A stretch of 64,000 nucleotides of DNA, from the sequence record KT919972.1; one strand, given 5' to 3'. Below, piece after piece: positions 62,369-64,000 of the stretch. The translations under genes and the position numbers were made by a program. The notes beneath the pieces are model-generated. The model made no database searches. It was not told where the DNA came from and saw only the letters and a list, made by a program, of their open reading frames with translations. Numbering within the stretch: position 1 is the first letter of the stretch; every line of letters starts with the position of its first letter.

Positions 62369-63862
62369 ATGCTTAATCTTAATCAAAATATCGCAATCGC
62401 AACAGACAGCTACAAAGTTTCACACTGGTCTCAATTCCCTCGTGGTTTAGAGTACAGTCAATATTACGTTGAAAGCCGGGGCGGCAAGTTCGACAAAATT
62501 ATGATCGATGGTATGGCATACATGTGTCGTATTCTCGAAAAAGGTGTTGTAATGAACGATGTCAAGCGTGCGAAACGTCTGTTCAAAAAGCACTTCGGTT
62601 CTGAAGTCTTCAATGACAAGGGTTGGGAAATCATCGTTAACGAACTGAACGGCAAACTGCCTATTAAGATTCGTGCGGTAAAAGAAGGTACTGTAGTACC
62701 AGTTAAGCACCCTATCTTGACGATTGAGAACACAGATCCACGTTTCGGTTGGCTACCTGGTTATCTTGAAACGTTTATCTTACGTGCGATTTGGTACCCG
62801 ACAACTGTAGCAACGATCTCGTTCGAAGTGAAGAAAATCATTCGTGAATTCATGAAGAAAACGGTTGATGATGAACGCATTGCAGAACAAGAGCCGTTTA
62901 AACTTCACGACTTCGGTTCTCGTGGTGTATCAAGTGGCGAATCAGCAGCTATTGGCGGCGCTGCTCACTTGAAAAACTTCTTGGGAACTGACAATGTAGA
63001 AGCACTTGTTGCAGTTGAAGAGCTTTACGCTGAAGATGTTGAAGACTTCATTGCGGGATTCTCTATCCCTGCACGTGAACATTCAACAACTACAATCTAC
63101 AAAGAATTTGGCGAAGATCAGGCATTCTTGAATTCCATCGAGCAATGGGGCGCAGCTCTATACGCTTGTGTAATGGACAGCTACGACTACGAAGCAGCAA
63201 TGAATCGTGTCTCAACTGGTCGTTTCAAAGAGCTAATCATCAGTAAAGGCGGTACGTTTGTTGCTCGTCCTGACTCTGGTGTACCAGTAGATGTAGTAAT
63301 GAAAGGTCTTGAGATTCTTGGTAAGAACGTTGGTTACACAATCAACAGCAAGGGTTACAAAGTTCTACACCCTAGTTACCGTATCATTCAAGGCGACGGC
63401 GTGAACATCGAAGAAATTCGTCGAATTCTATCTTACATGGAAAGTAAAGGTTGGTCGGCAGAAAACATTGCATTCGGTATGGGTGGTGGTTTGCTTCAGC
63501 AACTTGACCGTGATACTCAACGTTTTGCAATGAAAATGTCAGCGGCGATCATCAACGGCGAATACGTTAGTGTGTTCAAAATGCCGAAGACTGACCCAAC
63601 AAAAGCATCAAAAGCAGGTTTCTTAGATTTGATTGCAGTCGATGCAGAAAATCCGAACCCAGCAGCTCGTGGTTACGTGACGTTCTCTACTGAAGATTAC
63701 GACACTCGCGTACACCCGAAAAGCGTGATGCAGACAATCTTCGAAGACGGTGTAACAGTTGCTGACTTCTCACTTGAAGAAGCTCGTAAACTGTCTGACG
63801 TGCAAGCTGATTTTATCAACGAAGGTGAATGGAAAATCGCCAAGAAGATTCGAACAGCGTAA
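62369..63862 (+). CDS. nadV: Nicotinamide phosphoribosyltransferase
   Basis: TDSYKVSH, LHDFGSRG, IPAREHS, DSYD, RPDSG, IIQGDG, FGMGGGLLQ..RDT..FA.K. Confidence 0.95.
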   Translation: MLNLNQNIAIATDSYKVSHWSQFPRGLEYSQYYVESRGGKFDKIMIDGMAYMCRILEKGVVMNDVKRAKRLFKKHFGSEVFNDKGWEIIVNELNGKLPIKIRAVKEGTVVPVKHPILTIENTDPRFGWLPGYLETFILRAIWYPTTVATISFEVKKIIREFMKKTVDDERIAEQEPFKLHDFGSRGVSSGESAAIGGAAHLKNFLGTDNVEALVAVEELYAEDVEDFIAGFSIPAREHSTTTIYKEFGEDQAFLNSIEQWGAALYACVMDSYDYEAAMNRVSTGRFKELIISKGGTFVARPDSGVPVDVVMKGLEILGKNVGYTINSKGYKVLHPSYRIIQGDGVNIEEIRRILSYMESKGWSAENIAFGMGGGLLQQLDRDTQRFAMKMSAAIINGEYVSVFKMPKTDPTKASKAGFLDLIAVDAENPNPAARGYVTFSTEDYDTRVHPKSVMQTIFEDGVTVADFSLEEARKLSDVQADFINEGEWKIAKKIRTA

Positions 63863-63892
63863 AACGTGACATTGATCACTAAAAATCGTAAA

Positions 63893-63970
63893 TTTAGGGT
63901 TGCTTCGGCAACCCTTTTTTTTGTATTATATCTACATCGAAACGAGATACGAAAACAAAGAGAGAACATT
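63893..63970 (+). promoter_or_regulatory. Terminator/promoter/leader cassette
   Basis: AGGGTTGC-TTCG-GCAACCCT-T run; TTGCTT-18-TATTAT; ATCGAAACGAGATAC. Confidence 0.88.
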
Positions 63971-64000
63971 ATGCAACTAACTACTAACATGACTAAAGCT
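63971..64000 (+). CDS. 5' end of hypothetical protein (truncated by window)
   Basis: Cassette ATG, MQLTTNMTKA... Confidence 0.6.
   Translation, partial: MQLTTNMTKA

Noticed and set aside
9204-63970. Dispersed repeats as a CRISPR array
   Set aside because: Copies are kilobases apart, separated by genes, and carry -35/-10/RBS; no regular repeat-spacer array or cas genes.
402-63990. Many 60-140 aa ORFs in the track that are antisense or out of frame to real genes (e.g. 6999-7376, 10648-11067, 57176-57571)
   Set aside because: Fully nested in better-supported genes, no RBS, composition mirrors the opposite strand.
1-64000. tRNA or rRNA genes
   Set aside because: No cloverleaf with T-loop GTTCRA and acceptor stem noticed; gaps are short and explained by promoters or terminators. 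tRNAscan-SE would be the definitive check.

Overview
A 64-kb segment of a lytic T4-superfamily vibriophage, KVP40/Schizotequatrovirus-like judging by Rnl2, gp31, gp49, rIIA/rIIB, Dda, Tk, DenV and the NatV/NadV/NadR/PnuC pyridine-nucleotide salvage genes. Nearly all genes are on the + strand, and most are small hypothetical early ORFs driven by a repeated terminator/sigma70-promoter/leader cassette. I found no tRNA, rRNA or CRISPR array. Most notable unexplained structure: (1) a noncoding cluster of 8 co-oriented DnaA boxes at 23602-23710, where the G/C skew appears to flip without any change in gene orientation (candidate DnaA-dependent origin or DnaA sink); (2) a ~70-bp element (co-varying mini-hairpin plus six TTAG at exact 9-bp spacing) present twice, 56 kb apart; (3) a branched, terminator-like structured leader before a candidate capsid-packaged protein; (4) a six-member paralog family with conserved YTC/FxH/RxxWL motifs; (5) an ArdA-like DNA-mimic gene beside a methyltransferase. 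Functional calls come from motif recognition by eye; no database search was run, and several start codons were re-chosen from RBS context.
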